DNA from: Octopus vulgaris
Lineage: Eukaryota
DNA: 64,000 nt
Assembly: GCA_951406725.2 (NCBI GenBank)
Contig: OX597830.1
Location: forward strand, 42,594,001 to 42,658,000
Reading direction: 5' to 3'
Shown here: positions 41,136 through 52,937 of the stretch, one piece after another
Position numbering within the stretch: position 1 is the stretch's first letter
How the letters are laid out: each line of letters begins with the position of its first letter
Translations under genes and position numbers: made by a program
Notes under the pieces: model-generated
Database searches by the model: none
What the model was told of the DNA's origin: nothing
Seen by the model: only the letters and a program-made list of their open reading frames with translations

Positions 41136-41639
41136 TTTTAATAGGGTACAAATAAAAAACCACAATTGATAAATTCTTGGTTAATATTTATTTTCAGAAT
41201 ATCAATGTCTACAAAACTGAACAAAACGAATTTGTTAGAACATAAAACAAAAGAATAAAGAAACAAAAATAGAAATGTATCTATCATTAGTGATATTGTG
41301 TTTTCTTAATAAATTTTAAATTTCACAGTAGAGAATTAATTATTAATAAATGTGTTTATGTGTGGATAGATATATAGAGAAAGACAGATATGTTCCATGC
41401 TAAGGATTCTCCCAGTCTCTATTCACATTTTCTCTATATAATCGTTCAGGCAACAAAATAGTGTAATCAAACAAATCGAAACCTGGCCCATGTTCATCTT
41501 TGAATTTTACGAACAACTGTTATTGCTAAGAGATAGGGAAATACATAGCCATTATCTATTTTGACCACTGATCAACTGGACCAGAACTTCAGATATTGCT
41601 CCATGATATAGACACAGAGTAAGAAAAGAAATAATCATG

Positions 41640-41671
41640 TAAAACATATATAAATACAGACATATATATAC

Positions 41672-41750
<79 letters not shown>

Positions 41751-41951
41751 TATGTACATACTTATATATATATGTAAATACATATGGATATGTGGCACAG
41801 GACGTCACAAAACAAACAACAAAAACTACAAAGTACGTGGATGTGGAATATGAGCTTTTTTTGAGAACAATGAAAGAAACAAATCGAAAACAAGGCAAAC
41901 AACAATCCTTCATCAGTTGTCAGCTATTTTTCTAATCTATATTTCGCATAG

Positions 41952-42030
<79 letters not shown>

Positions 42031-43503
42031 CTTCAGATATTGCTCCATGATATAGACACAGAGTAAGAAAAGAAATAATCATGTAAAACATATATATATC
42101 TATACATATATAAATACAGACATATATATACATGTATACATATATATAGAGAGATATGTACATATATATATATATATATACACATATATATATACATACA
42201 TATATATACGTAAATATATACATACATATATATATACGTAAATATATATACATATATATATATGTAAATATATATATACACATACATATATATATGCAAA
42301 TATGTCTATATACATACATATATATGTAAATATATGTAAGATAAGTATTTATTTATATTTAAGATCTTCAAATTGTAAATTTTAATATTGTATAAGTCTT
42401 TGGTGTAATAATATTTTCCTTACATAAATATCGTTGTTTATGTAATGATCTAATTATCATAATTTTCTATATTATTAGATATTAAATTTAAGTTTATTCG
42501 TAAGATACTACTTAGCGATAGATTTGTTATTTGATAGCAAGCATACGAGGTGTACTAAGTTAGGCTTTTGTATATACATGTTTTAATAGTATTAATTGTG
42601 GTTTTAAATATATAATTAAATTAGATAAACTTTGATAAACTTAGATATGTTTCGACTAAAGATTGGTCCAGGCCATATCTAATTTAATAGCATAACTTAG
42701 TTATTCCTTTAAATTGATATTCGCTAGTTATTCCCAATGATAATTATATTTATAGTATTTATTCGATACTATATTACTACGAATTGATTATTTCTATAAG
42801 TATTTTACATAAGATTTCCGAAAGTTCGTTTAAGTTTGTTTATTTGTATTTTGAAATTAGCTATTTCATCTTTAAATATGAAAAATTAATTTATTAGGTT
42901 TTTATTATATGTGCATATATATTTATTTATAGAGATTATTTTAGATCTTAATATTTATATACATTTATATATTTTCATTGATAATTTATATATATTAGTC
43001 ATTTTTAAATATTTATGTAATTAGATATAGACTAATACCGATATTAGATTATTGGTGGGTTTCCTACATTATAAATTAAAATTAATATTTAACATTATAA
43101 TCGATTTTGATATAATCATAATTGTTAAGTTTTATGTTTCTAGTTTGATAATAGAGTTTATTATAAGTAAAATTATTATATTATTTATATCTTAAAAATA
43201 TTGTTTAAATATTTCTGATTATATTTTAGATATTTCAATTAACCTGAAGATTGACTGTAACCATAACTCGAATTATAACGAATTGTACAGCCATGAAACG
43301 ATCGTAGTGTTTTACTCTTTATCTTTTATTAAACTTTTAATACTTTTGATATATATTTAAAATAATATAAATTAATTAATTTTATGTATTGGCTTATGTT
43401 TTTCATTGTTTGATTTGCCTAATAGTGGTTTTATCTCTAATTTAATATAATATAATATATATATATAGGTATATATATACATATATTTATATATATATAT
43501 AGG

Positions 43504-43575
<72 letters not shown>

Positions 43576-44258
43576 CATGCGTAAACACATATATATATAT
43601 ATATATAGTTAATCCAAACATGAAAGCACAAAAAAAAAACGTGAGGACGTGGAACAAATATAGTATTATTGGACGCTCAGGAAAGAAGGAAAGAAGGATA
43701 TATATATATATACACACACACATATATATATACACACATATATATATATATACGTAAATATATATATACATACATATATATATACGTAAATATATACATA
43801 CATATATATACATAAATATATATACATATATATATATATATGTAAATATATATATATATATATACACATACATATATATACGCAAATATATCTATATACA
43901 TATACATATATACACATATATATACACACACATATATATATATACACATATATATATGTGTGTGTGTGTGTGTATATATATATATACACACACATATATA
44001 TATATGTACATCTATATATACTTATATGTATATATAGACACAAATACATGTATATATATATACATACACTTACACACATACATACATATGGACATATATA
44101 TATATATAAATGAAAGAAACAAATTGAAAACAAGATAAACAACACAAAGAAAGATCGTTCATCAGTTGTCAGCAATTTTTCTAATCTATATTTTGAGCAT
44201 ATACATATATATATATATACATACATATATGTACACACACATATATATACATATATAC

Positions 44259-44298
<40 letters not shown>

Positions 44299-44851
44299 CA
44301 TATATATATATACGTACATACATACATTTATACATACATATATATATATACACATATATATATACATATATATACACATATATATACATTTATATATGCA
44401 TACACATGTATATATAACTATATATAGATACAGATATATAAATACATATATATATACATACACACACACATATATAAGTATATATATATATATATACACA
44501 TACATATATATATGTATATATATATATGCATGCATATGTATATATACACATACATATGCATACACAAACATGTTTCCCACGCATAAGGGGTTTGTTCCTA
44601 TCGTATATCGTCAGACTCCAAACATGTTGGCCTAAGACCTCTTCAAAATTATAATACTTTAATATTAACTACTCTACATCTTAAAGAGTGCCTCCTGTCT
44701 GGAGTTGCTTTTCTACAAACAATATATACATATATAGTCAATTATATATATATTATATAGTGATACATATATATAAAACTGCTGTGGACTCGTAAAACTC
44801 TTATGCAACACATTTAATTGCTGATATCATTGCCATTCTGTGAAAGTCAGA

Positions 44852-44905
<54 letters not shown>

Positions 44906-45082
44906 TATATACATATATGTACATTTTTTATATAAATATATTCAATATTCTTCTTATATTGACTTACCTAACCTGCTTGTCCTAACATTTACTTCTCTAC
45001 CTGCTCAAGTTTAAATCTCTTGAGCACTACAATGCGTATTCTATCAGAGAATACCTGTCTCTAATCTATAAACATACATACA

Positions 45083-45124
<42 letters not shown>

Positions 45125-45160
45125 CATACATATATATGGATACACATACATATGTATGTT
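41640..45160. repeat. Large (TA)n/(TACA)n low-complexity field interspersed with Penelope-type fragments
   Basis: Direct reading; source of many YI-rich ORFs. Confidence 0.9.
43241..43311 (+). ncRNA. Hammerhead-like motif at the end of an AT-rich Penelope-type repeat
   Basis: CUGAAGA-UUGACUGUA...UACAGCCAU-GAAAC-GAUC-GUA; weak stem I. Confidence 0.65.
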
Positions 45161-45795
45161 TACACATTCATATAAACATCACACACGCACACAAATAAAT
45201 GTAGATATGTTTTGCCCCACACTATTCCAAGTAAGATTTAACTTCATAAGATTACCATGCAACTCACACATACATGCCTGTATGTTGGAGTAGTATAGCT
45301 TTCATGTCAGATATGTATAAATGCTTTAAATATTCCTTTAAAGCCAAAACAATGCAAATTATGATAAATTAATAAAACAAGTCGATAGTTAGTACTATTA
45401 CCAAATACTTCAATATTTCAGGGTTAGGAACCCTACTTCCAGAAATTTACTGAGAAAGGGTGCTAATTTCCAGAGAAAGGAGTCTTAACCTGAAGTATTG
45501 AAGTATCAGGTAATATAACTAATTCTTTATCTGTATTATTAATTTTTATTACTTGTAATCTTTTGGGTTTAACAAAGATATTTAACAATTCATATATATA
45601 TATATATATTTATATAAGAAAGATCCAGGGGAATAATTACAAGGTTGATAAATGTTGCTTAAGTGTCCTAGGAAATAATGATCACACTCGTGTGTGGTTT
45701 GATTCTAGGATAAGCAAGTTGTATTTAGGAGAAAATATGAAAAATTGAAAAAGGAGACAAATGCTCAGGATGTTATTAAAACTTTTATATCTTCG

Positions 45796-45887
45796 TATCT
45801 TCTACATATGTTTCGGTTAATGCATTCAAAATACGTTCAACAGAAAGAATTATAGTCAGCTATGCATCAATCTCATCAGGAAAGATA
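45796..45887 (-). ncRNA. Type I hammerhead ribozyme (Penelope/retrozyme-type) with intact core
   Basis: Minus strand: UAUCUUUC-CUGAUGA-GAUUGAUGCAU...AUGCAUUAACC-GAAAC-AUAU-GUA-GAAGAUA. Confidence 0.82.
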
Positions 45888-48730
45888 TATCTGTAAAAAT
45901 GTCTATTTGATGAGTGTGGTTGTTTATATCTTTTCTGATGAGATTGATGCATAGCTGACCACAATTCTTCCTGTTGGATGTATTTTGAATGCATCCTCAG
46001 TGTTTGTCTCCTTTTTCAATTTTTCCTCTATACATATATATAGATATTATTATATTCATCATCATCATTATATATAGATATTATTACAATAAAAAAGTAT
46101 CCTTTTCCAGTGGAATAAATCACTGTAAAGGTAGAATTATAAATAGGAAATAATGGCACAACAAGGTACCTTGTGCCACTATTTCCTCGTTTATATATAT
46201 ATATATATATAGTTTACTTTTCAATTAGGGTAAGATCAGCAAAAATAAAGTACTCCATCCAGTGAGATAAATATCATTTAATTCAGAGTATAAAGATATG
46301 AGCTACTAATAGTTACATGCATTGGAGATACAAGGCATCTTTTATTAAAACCTGCTTAGACTGCATCTCCAGTGCATGAAACTATTAGCAGCTCGTATCT
46401 TTATGCTGTGTATTAAATGATATATATATATATATACACACACAGGCGAGCACATAAATGCAAAACAAGGTGGAAAAAATAGTACTCCAATACCAAGGGT
46501 AGAGTAATATGCTTTTATTAAAGCTACAAAATTGTCACAAAAACTGTTACTCAGAGTTTCATGTTCACATTTGTCGGACAGTTCACAACTGTCCAACAAA
46601 GAGGAACATGAAACTCTGAGTAACAGTTTTTGTGACAGTTATCCAGCTTTAATAAAAGTGTGTATACACACACACACTCATATATATGTCATCATCATCA
46701 TCATCGTTTAGCGTCCGCTTTACGATATATATATATATATATATACATACACACACATACATACACAAAATTTACATCAACTGATGTAAATGTAAGAGCG
46801 TCGTCATTAATAGACACAGAATGATTTATTATAGACTTATTATCTCACATAATGAAAGAAAATCACACTAGAATCATCAAGGAACATTGCCTCAGTGTTT
46901 CCTTGCTGCAAATCAGTTCCATTCTCAGTTTAATAAGTACTCAAAAGCGAAAATATTAATCAGATAGAGTTACAAGCTTGACCCATGTCAGCAATGAATA
47001 AAAGATGCCACTGACAGGGAAAAAAGAAAAATGCTATATTTGGAATGTTGATCACTATTCATAAATGGAATGCTCTTAAATTAACTGAAATGATTTTCCT
47101 TGGTACAGTCTTAAGTAGAATAACAAGGGAATGCAAGATGCATCTGGTGGTAAGTTTGCTGAGAACATATAAACTAAAATGGGCAGCTATGTGTTCTCTA
47201 AGTATTTCAATAGAGTTTACACAATTTTTTGTGTAATAGACATCCCCTGTATTATGGAAGCATTGAGTTCTCTGAAACTATTGCCAGGACATGCATTTCT
47301 GTAATGTGAAGCCTTTTTCACCATTGAATTCACTTCTTACATGGTGGAATTCTACATTACGGTAAGAGTCTTGGGAATGCAATGCTTCCATAGCAAAGAG
47401 GATGATTGTAATTAAGAGGTTTATTAAAGCAGCTCATGCTTAGTGTTCATTAGAATAACAGAAACAATTGTTTTTGTTATTGCTGTTGTGTAGTCCCAGA
47501 TTAGCCTTGATTAAGCTGACCTATGATCATAAGTATCCACCTATGACCATCCTATCCTTTTTTCAAGAATAGTATATCTTGAACTACATTAACCTATGTG
47601 TTCTTTTTAAAAGACAGTGTATGGTGTGACTTGAGAGAGATTTGCTATTTAGAAACTCCACCATTGGTTTTTGCCAACTCTAAAAAGTACAATGAGGCAA
47701 CTGGAATATTTTTTAAATAGATAAGTATCAAGCATGAGAAAAACAAGAAAGTAAAAATATAGAGCATGTCAAAATATAAAATAGTTTCCATGTTTGAGGC
47801 TCAGTTTTGTTTATATTATAATGCCATATATCAAGCAACAAAAAGAGCAAGTTTGAGATTACGGAAGGAATGAAGAACTTTAGAAAAAAAAAGTGACCAA
47901 ATTACAGTAAATGCCAAAAAGCACTTTTATTCATAATACAAATTAAATGGGAATAATTACCCTAAATGAAAGAAATTGTACAGGACATGAGCAGAATACT
48001 GATTTAATAAAATATTGCAGAAATATTAATAAGCATCACAAAAAAAAAAAAAAAAGGCAGAAAAAACTCAAAGAATATTTTAATTGTTCTGTGATATTTG
48101 TAAATAGAAAACATATATTATTTCTGAAGCTTTCTCAGTAGAATGTTAAGAAAAGCAAAATAGCAAAAACAAATCAATTTAGTTAGATTCTAAAGGTGTT
48201 CTTAAGAAGTCAGGTAAATATGTTTTGTTTTTTTTTCTAATTAACTTGCTTAGCCATATTAACTGAATATTCTAATAAATATATTAACTCCTCTGCACTT
48301 ATATTTTAAATTTCTTTCTATAAAAATTATTCAATTTGAATTTCTGGTTATTTACCAGGTTTTGATGAATACCTACAATTAAATTCAACTTCTAAACATG
48401 AAACTCATAACCTGTCTACATTTGAAAGATTTTTTTTTCACCAACAGAGAAAAATGTGTTATCACTGTGATACCCTCCTGGGGTAAATAAAATAAACATG
48501 TACCAGTCAAGTATTGGAGTCAATATAATGAACTGCAAGCCACCCCGCTTCAATCTGAAATTTCTGGAAGTCTTGTGTCTAAATTGACTCCAGTACTTCA
48601 CTTTCACTGGAAGGGTGAAAGATGTTGGTTCTGGCAGGATTTAAATATCACTAGGTTACAATTCATCAAAAATCTGATACAAACAACAAGGCAAAATTGG
48701 GAATTGATTGAAAATCAAATTACTGGTCCC

Positions 48731-48941
48731 TTAATTACATTCCCTTTTAATGCACTCATAAACATGATTTTCATACATATCCTGCGATACATCATCATCT
48801 GTGACTTTTTTACAAATTGGACAAACCCGTCCAAAATGGTTTGCTATGTGTTCACTGAATTCACTCTCACTTACATCATTTGAAAATGATTCATCACATC
48901 TGGGACAGATTCGCATTTCTTCTTCAAGACCTTTGACAGAT
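48731..48941 (-). CDS. TAX1BP1: TAX1BP1-like last coding exon: two UBZ-type zinc fingers and stop
   Basis: ttttcag|A (Q) SVKGLEEEMRI CPRC...HIANH FGRV CPIC...HVYEC IKRECN*. Confidence 0.95.
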
Positions 48942-49097
48942 CTGAAAACAAGAGGTAAACAAGAAAATTTATATCTACATCAGAATTTTAAATAAAGGCT
49001 TAAATAAAACAATAAATTCAAGATTTTCCTAAGATTTAATGTTATGTATGCACACACAAACATATAAAACACACATCATTTACTTCTGGTAAGTTAA

Positions 49098-49317
49098 CCC
49101 TTTCATTACAAACCCAGCTGAAACCAGCTCTGGCTCTGGGTACAAATGTTTTGTTTTCATAAGTTCTGAATTAAAATCTTCCACCAAACCTTACTCACAA
49201 TTTATGTTCCTAACACTAGCTGAATAATAACTAAGTTATTTTACTAAATTCTTTGTTATATTTAAAGTAACTGAAAGAAATACAGAGCATCTCAAAATAA
49301 ATACAGTAATGAAAGGG
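49098..49317. mobile_element. piggyBac-type MITE, 220 bp, in the last TAX1BP1 intron
   Basis: TTAA duplication on both sides; perfect 12-bp TIR CCCTTTCATTAC / GTAATGAAAGGG. Confidence 0.9.
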
Positions 49318-49967
49318 TTAAATGCAAAACTGAAGCTCAATTTTTTGTGTTGCACATATTTCATCCCCACGTTTTCACATTCCAGTTATCTCTGTCTTTC
49401 CCTGGAACCATTTCCTATTAACATTCATTTCTCATTCTCTTTATCAACCCCGTCCTCACACTATTTTTCACTGATCACTCCATTTCTATACCTTCAGTTA
49501 TCTCTTCTCTCCTCTTAGGTGTACCATACTTGACACACCTTTCATATCTACTATCACACTCAATGCCCACCCTTGATACCCACCTCCATTGTTGCCTCAC
49601 TCACTACCTCCACTCTTATGTACCACTAACCTCCATCTAAGTCACTGTACATACCCACTTCCTTGTCGCCATCTCTTTCCTGAACCACTTAGTTCTCTCT
49701 CTTCCCTCTCCACATTAATATTTTCCATCAACCATACCAAAACTTTTGTTCATCACTCACTACATATACCTGGGCAATTATCCCTAATTACACCTTTCCT
49801 AAAATTCTACAGCCTTGTGTCAAAATAAAACATTTTTTCTTTCTTTTTTTTGTTGTTATTTTCATCTGAAACCCTCTTACATCCCCTCCACTTATACTAC
49901 AGACATATTTTGAAAAAAGTAACTGTCACAATTTCCCTTAAAAATCACGAGTTCCTTGGGTTATCCT

Positions 49968-50187
49968 TTAACACTGAATTTACCATTTTTCAGTATTGCC
50001 TTTATATTAATTATTTTGAAAGTAATGAAGAATTTAATAAAATAATTTCATCATTATTCATCTGATGCTTGGAACATAAATTAACATGAAACTTTGATGG
50101 GAAGTGTTGATTTAAATCACTTTAAAACAAGAGGTTTGTACCATACAGCCAGTGCAGTCTCGAGCATCTTGGTATCAAAAGGGTTAA
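49968..50187. mobile_element. Diverged copy of the same TTAA MITE family, opposite orientation
   Basis: aagaatttaataaaataa...ggaacataaatt matches the reverse complement of the 49098 copy; ends aaagggTTAA. Confidence 0.7.
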
Positions 50188-50423
50188 GCACTACCTTAAC
50201 CGTAATCATATCTTTCCAAATCAGTAAATCTACAGGTTTAATTCACTGTAGACAGAGTGATCAATTGGGATTATCTGCAATCATTTAGACAAGCATTGAT
50301 AAGCAACAACCATAGAAAATAGTAAGATATACTGTTTGTAGTCAGTAGAAGAAAAGCAATTAATAAACATTCTATTTGAGCATTGTTGATAATTAAAAAA
50401 TTAATGAAGTTCGTGATACTTAC

Positions 50424-50508
50424 TGTTCTGTACCAATAATTTCAATTCCGTCAGCAACGGTGTCAGTGGGTTCAAATAAATGAACAGGGGGTTCAATAGA
50501 AGATTTAT
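50424..50508 (-). CDS. TAX1BP1: TAX1BP1-like short exon (different frame from the listed ORF)
   Basis: Long pyrimidine tract then ccacag|AT (D) KSSIEPPVHLFEPTDTVADGIEIIGTE CA|gtaagt; 85 nt, phase 1/2, exactly bridging its neighbours. Confidence 0.88.
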
Positions 50509-51479
50509 CTGTGGAACAAATAAGAAATAAAATAAGAAGAAAAGAAAAAAAACAAACACATAATTAATGTCTTTTGCATGTTTCAAACATTGTTAGAAAA
50601 CTTCCCGCACAAGGGAGTGGGAATGCGTTAGTAAGGGAGATAAGTCTTTACAATGAAATAAATTAGTGATGGCGTGAATGGTGAAGCAAATCAGGGATTG
50701 ATTCATAGATGTACAACAGATTTTGATGCAAGCAACTGTGGAAAAAATAAATGAATAAATAATGAGGGGAGAAAACAAAAGTGGAAGTCAGCGTTGTGAA
50801 TGTAATAATATCTTGAAGGAAACTGACATTAAAATAGCTGCATTTTTAACTGCATCTTTTATACAGACATTTCTACATTACTGCATGTACTTTATATGCA
50901 CTTTCTGACAAGTTGTGGTGCACCTGAGCACTGTATACAATAATTTCATAATTATATTATATTTCAGTCATTGGCCTGCAACCATGCTGGGGCACTGCCT
51001 TGAAGGGTTTTTAGTAAAACACACTGACCCCAGTACCTATTTTTCAGTTTGGTACTTCTATCAATCTCTTTTGCCAAATCATTAGATTATGGGGACATAA
51101 GCAAAGAACCATTGGTTGTGAAGCTGTAATGGTGGACAGGGTACACACACATGTATGTATATATATATATATATATTCCATCAACCAAATTCAATCACAA
51201 GGCATTAGTCAGCTTGAGGCTAGAGGTGCTGTGCAGTGGGACTAAACCGAAAACCAAGCAAGAATCTTAACCATGCAGTCCTGCCTCTATGGATAAATTT
51301 GTGACCGGCAACACAACAAACAGAAACCAATGTTAATCAATTGATGATTAGGAAGACCATAAGTATCACCTCACAAATTGGAAACTTTTGGTTTTTCTTT
51401 CTTTCTTTTTTTTTTTTTTTTCCTTTGGAGATGATATGACCTGTGATGCATAGGAACAGAGTGCATAAAGAAGTGCCGA

Positions 51480-51900
51480 TCTCTAACTGAAGAAGGAAAC
51501 TGTGTAAGAGATAAACCCAGGAAGACAAAGTGGTGAAATGTGATCTTCGGATGTTGAGTCTCACACAGGCAATGACACATGACCGAGATTTCTGGCAATT
51601 TGCTATGCTTGAGAAGATGCATCAAGCTAAGTGAAAGTGTGATCATGACCTACTGCCAGTGACATGTGAATCCACCTGTGCTGGTGACACATAAAAGGCA
51701 CCCAGTACACTCTGTAGAGTGGTTGGTGTTAGGAAGGGCATCCAGCCATAGAAACCATGCTAAAACAGACAACTGAACCATGGTACAGCTCTCCAGCTTG
51801 CAAACTCTTGTCAAATCATCCAGCCCATGCCAACATGGATAATAGACATTAAATGATGGTGATAATGATGATGATGATGGTGATGATGATGAGGAGGAGG
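51480..51900 (+). mobile_element. RTE-type LINE 3' end / associated short repeat with (GAT)n tail
   Basis: KPRKT...DLRMLSLTQAMTHDRDFW, then gtggttggtgttaggaagggcatccagc...catgccaacatgga. The same tail occurs at about 6240-6540 (-), 6640-6905, 8605-8762, 24170-24390, 33030-33300 (-), 34480-34690. Confidence 0.72.
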
Positions 51901-51922
51901 AGGAAGAAGAAGGGGAACTTAC

Positions 51923-52262
51923 CATTTGTCGAACAAGCTGCTTTTACTGCTGCTGCTTTAGCAGAAGGTAGAACAGTCGGTTCTATAGGGAGTGGCAAAT
52001 TTTCTGTTGATTTCTCTATGGTATTCTCAGATGTTATTGGGTCAAATGGCTTAGTGTCTGGCGTTTCACAGAAATTAGGCATTGGTAGTTGAACCAGGCG
52101 TGCAGGATAACCAGGTTTGCTGTGCTCATGTGGTGATGGGCTGGTATATGGATTTCCATACAACAGAGGAGAATGTTGCCCAGGTAACGGAGGGAACACA
52201 TTAGCAGGTTTTGATCTTGAAACTGTTACTGGTGCATTTTTGGAAGCTGATAACTTTTTGTT
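51923..52262 (-). CDS. TAX1BP1: TAX1BP1-like Pro-rich exon containing LLYGNPY
   Basis: tttattag|NKKLSASKNAP...SPLLYGNPY...ACSTN G|gtaagt; 340 nt, phase 0/1. Confidence 0.92.
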
Positions 52263-52644
52263 CTAATAAAACAATTTTTAAAAAGGAAGAAAAGATTAAA
52301 TGCATTATTAATTGAATTTGAGATTGTCTAAAAATTTTGTACACAAAATATATTTATATAATATCAATTGTGTGTGCATGTGTGTGTGTTCACTTTGACT
52401 TTAATAAAATTTGGATCACCTTGAAAACGTGTTAACATGTATTTTCTGAAATATTAACTTCAATGATATTTTCTATATCTAAATATGTTAACACAACAGA
52501 AACAACAGTCAGCTTTGTAAGGGAGGAATTCTACAATTAAAGATGTGATTTTCTCTATCTGTACTTTTGTTATTTATACACACACACACACACGCACATT
52601 AAATGAAATATAGAGTTGGAGAGTGAGAGAGGCCATTCACAAAC

Positions 52645-52937
52645 CTTAGAACCGGATTTTGAAGATGATTTAACATGGTGTTTCTCTTTAGCTGCCAACT
52701 TCTCTTCTAACTCCTTTATTTTCTCACTGTAGTTTTTCTTCATAGCCTTCATTTCTTTTTCTTGCTCATTATTTCGTACTTTATATTCCATTGCCCAGTT
52801 TTTCTGGTGTAACAACTGCTTTTCTAGCATTTCTATTGTGGAACTGTTGTCATCGGTGGGGACATTCTCAATGGCAGACTCAGCACCACCACTTGAAGTC
52901 TCATTTGTGGTCTCAGATAAAGTATGCTTGGCACTTT
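52645..52937 (-). CDS. TAX1BP1: TAX1BP1-like exon (linker plus last coiled coil)
   Basis: attcag|AA (completes K) SAKHTLSETT...MLEKQLLHQKNW...SKSGSK|gtttgt; 293 nt, phase 1/0. Confidence 0.88.

Noticed and set aside
42340-43240. Mitochondrial insertion (NUMT) suggested by extreme AT content
   Set aside because: I could not recognise any mitochondrial rRNA or protein motif, and the terminal hammerhead motif favours a retroelement; BLAST would settle it.
41589-45293. Long YI-rich ORFs up to 190 aa
   Set aside because: Stop-free by chance in TA/TACA low-complexity DNA.
52635-52644. Alternative donor (gtgaat) for the 52937 exon
   Set aside because: It would give phase 1, incompatible with the phase-0 acceptor at 52262.
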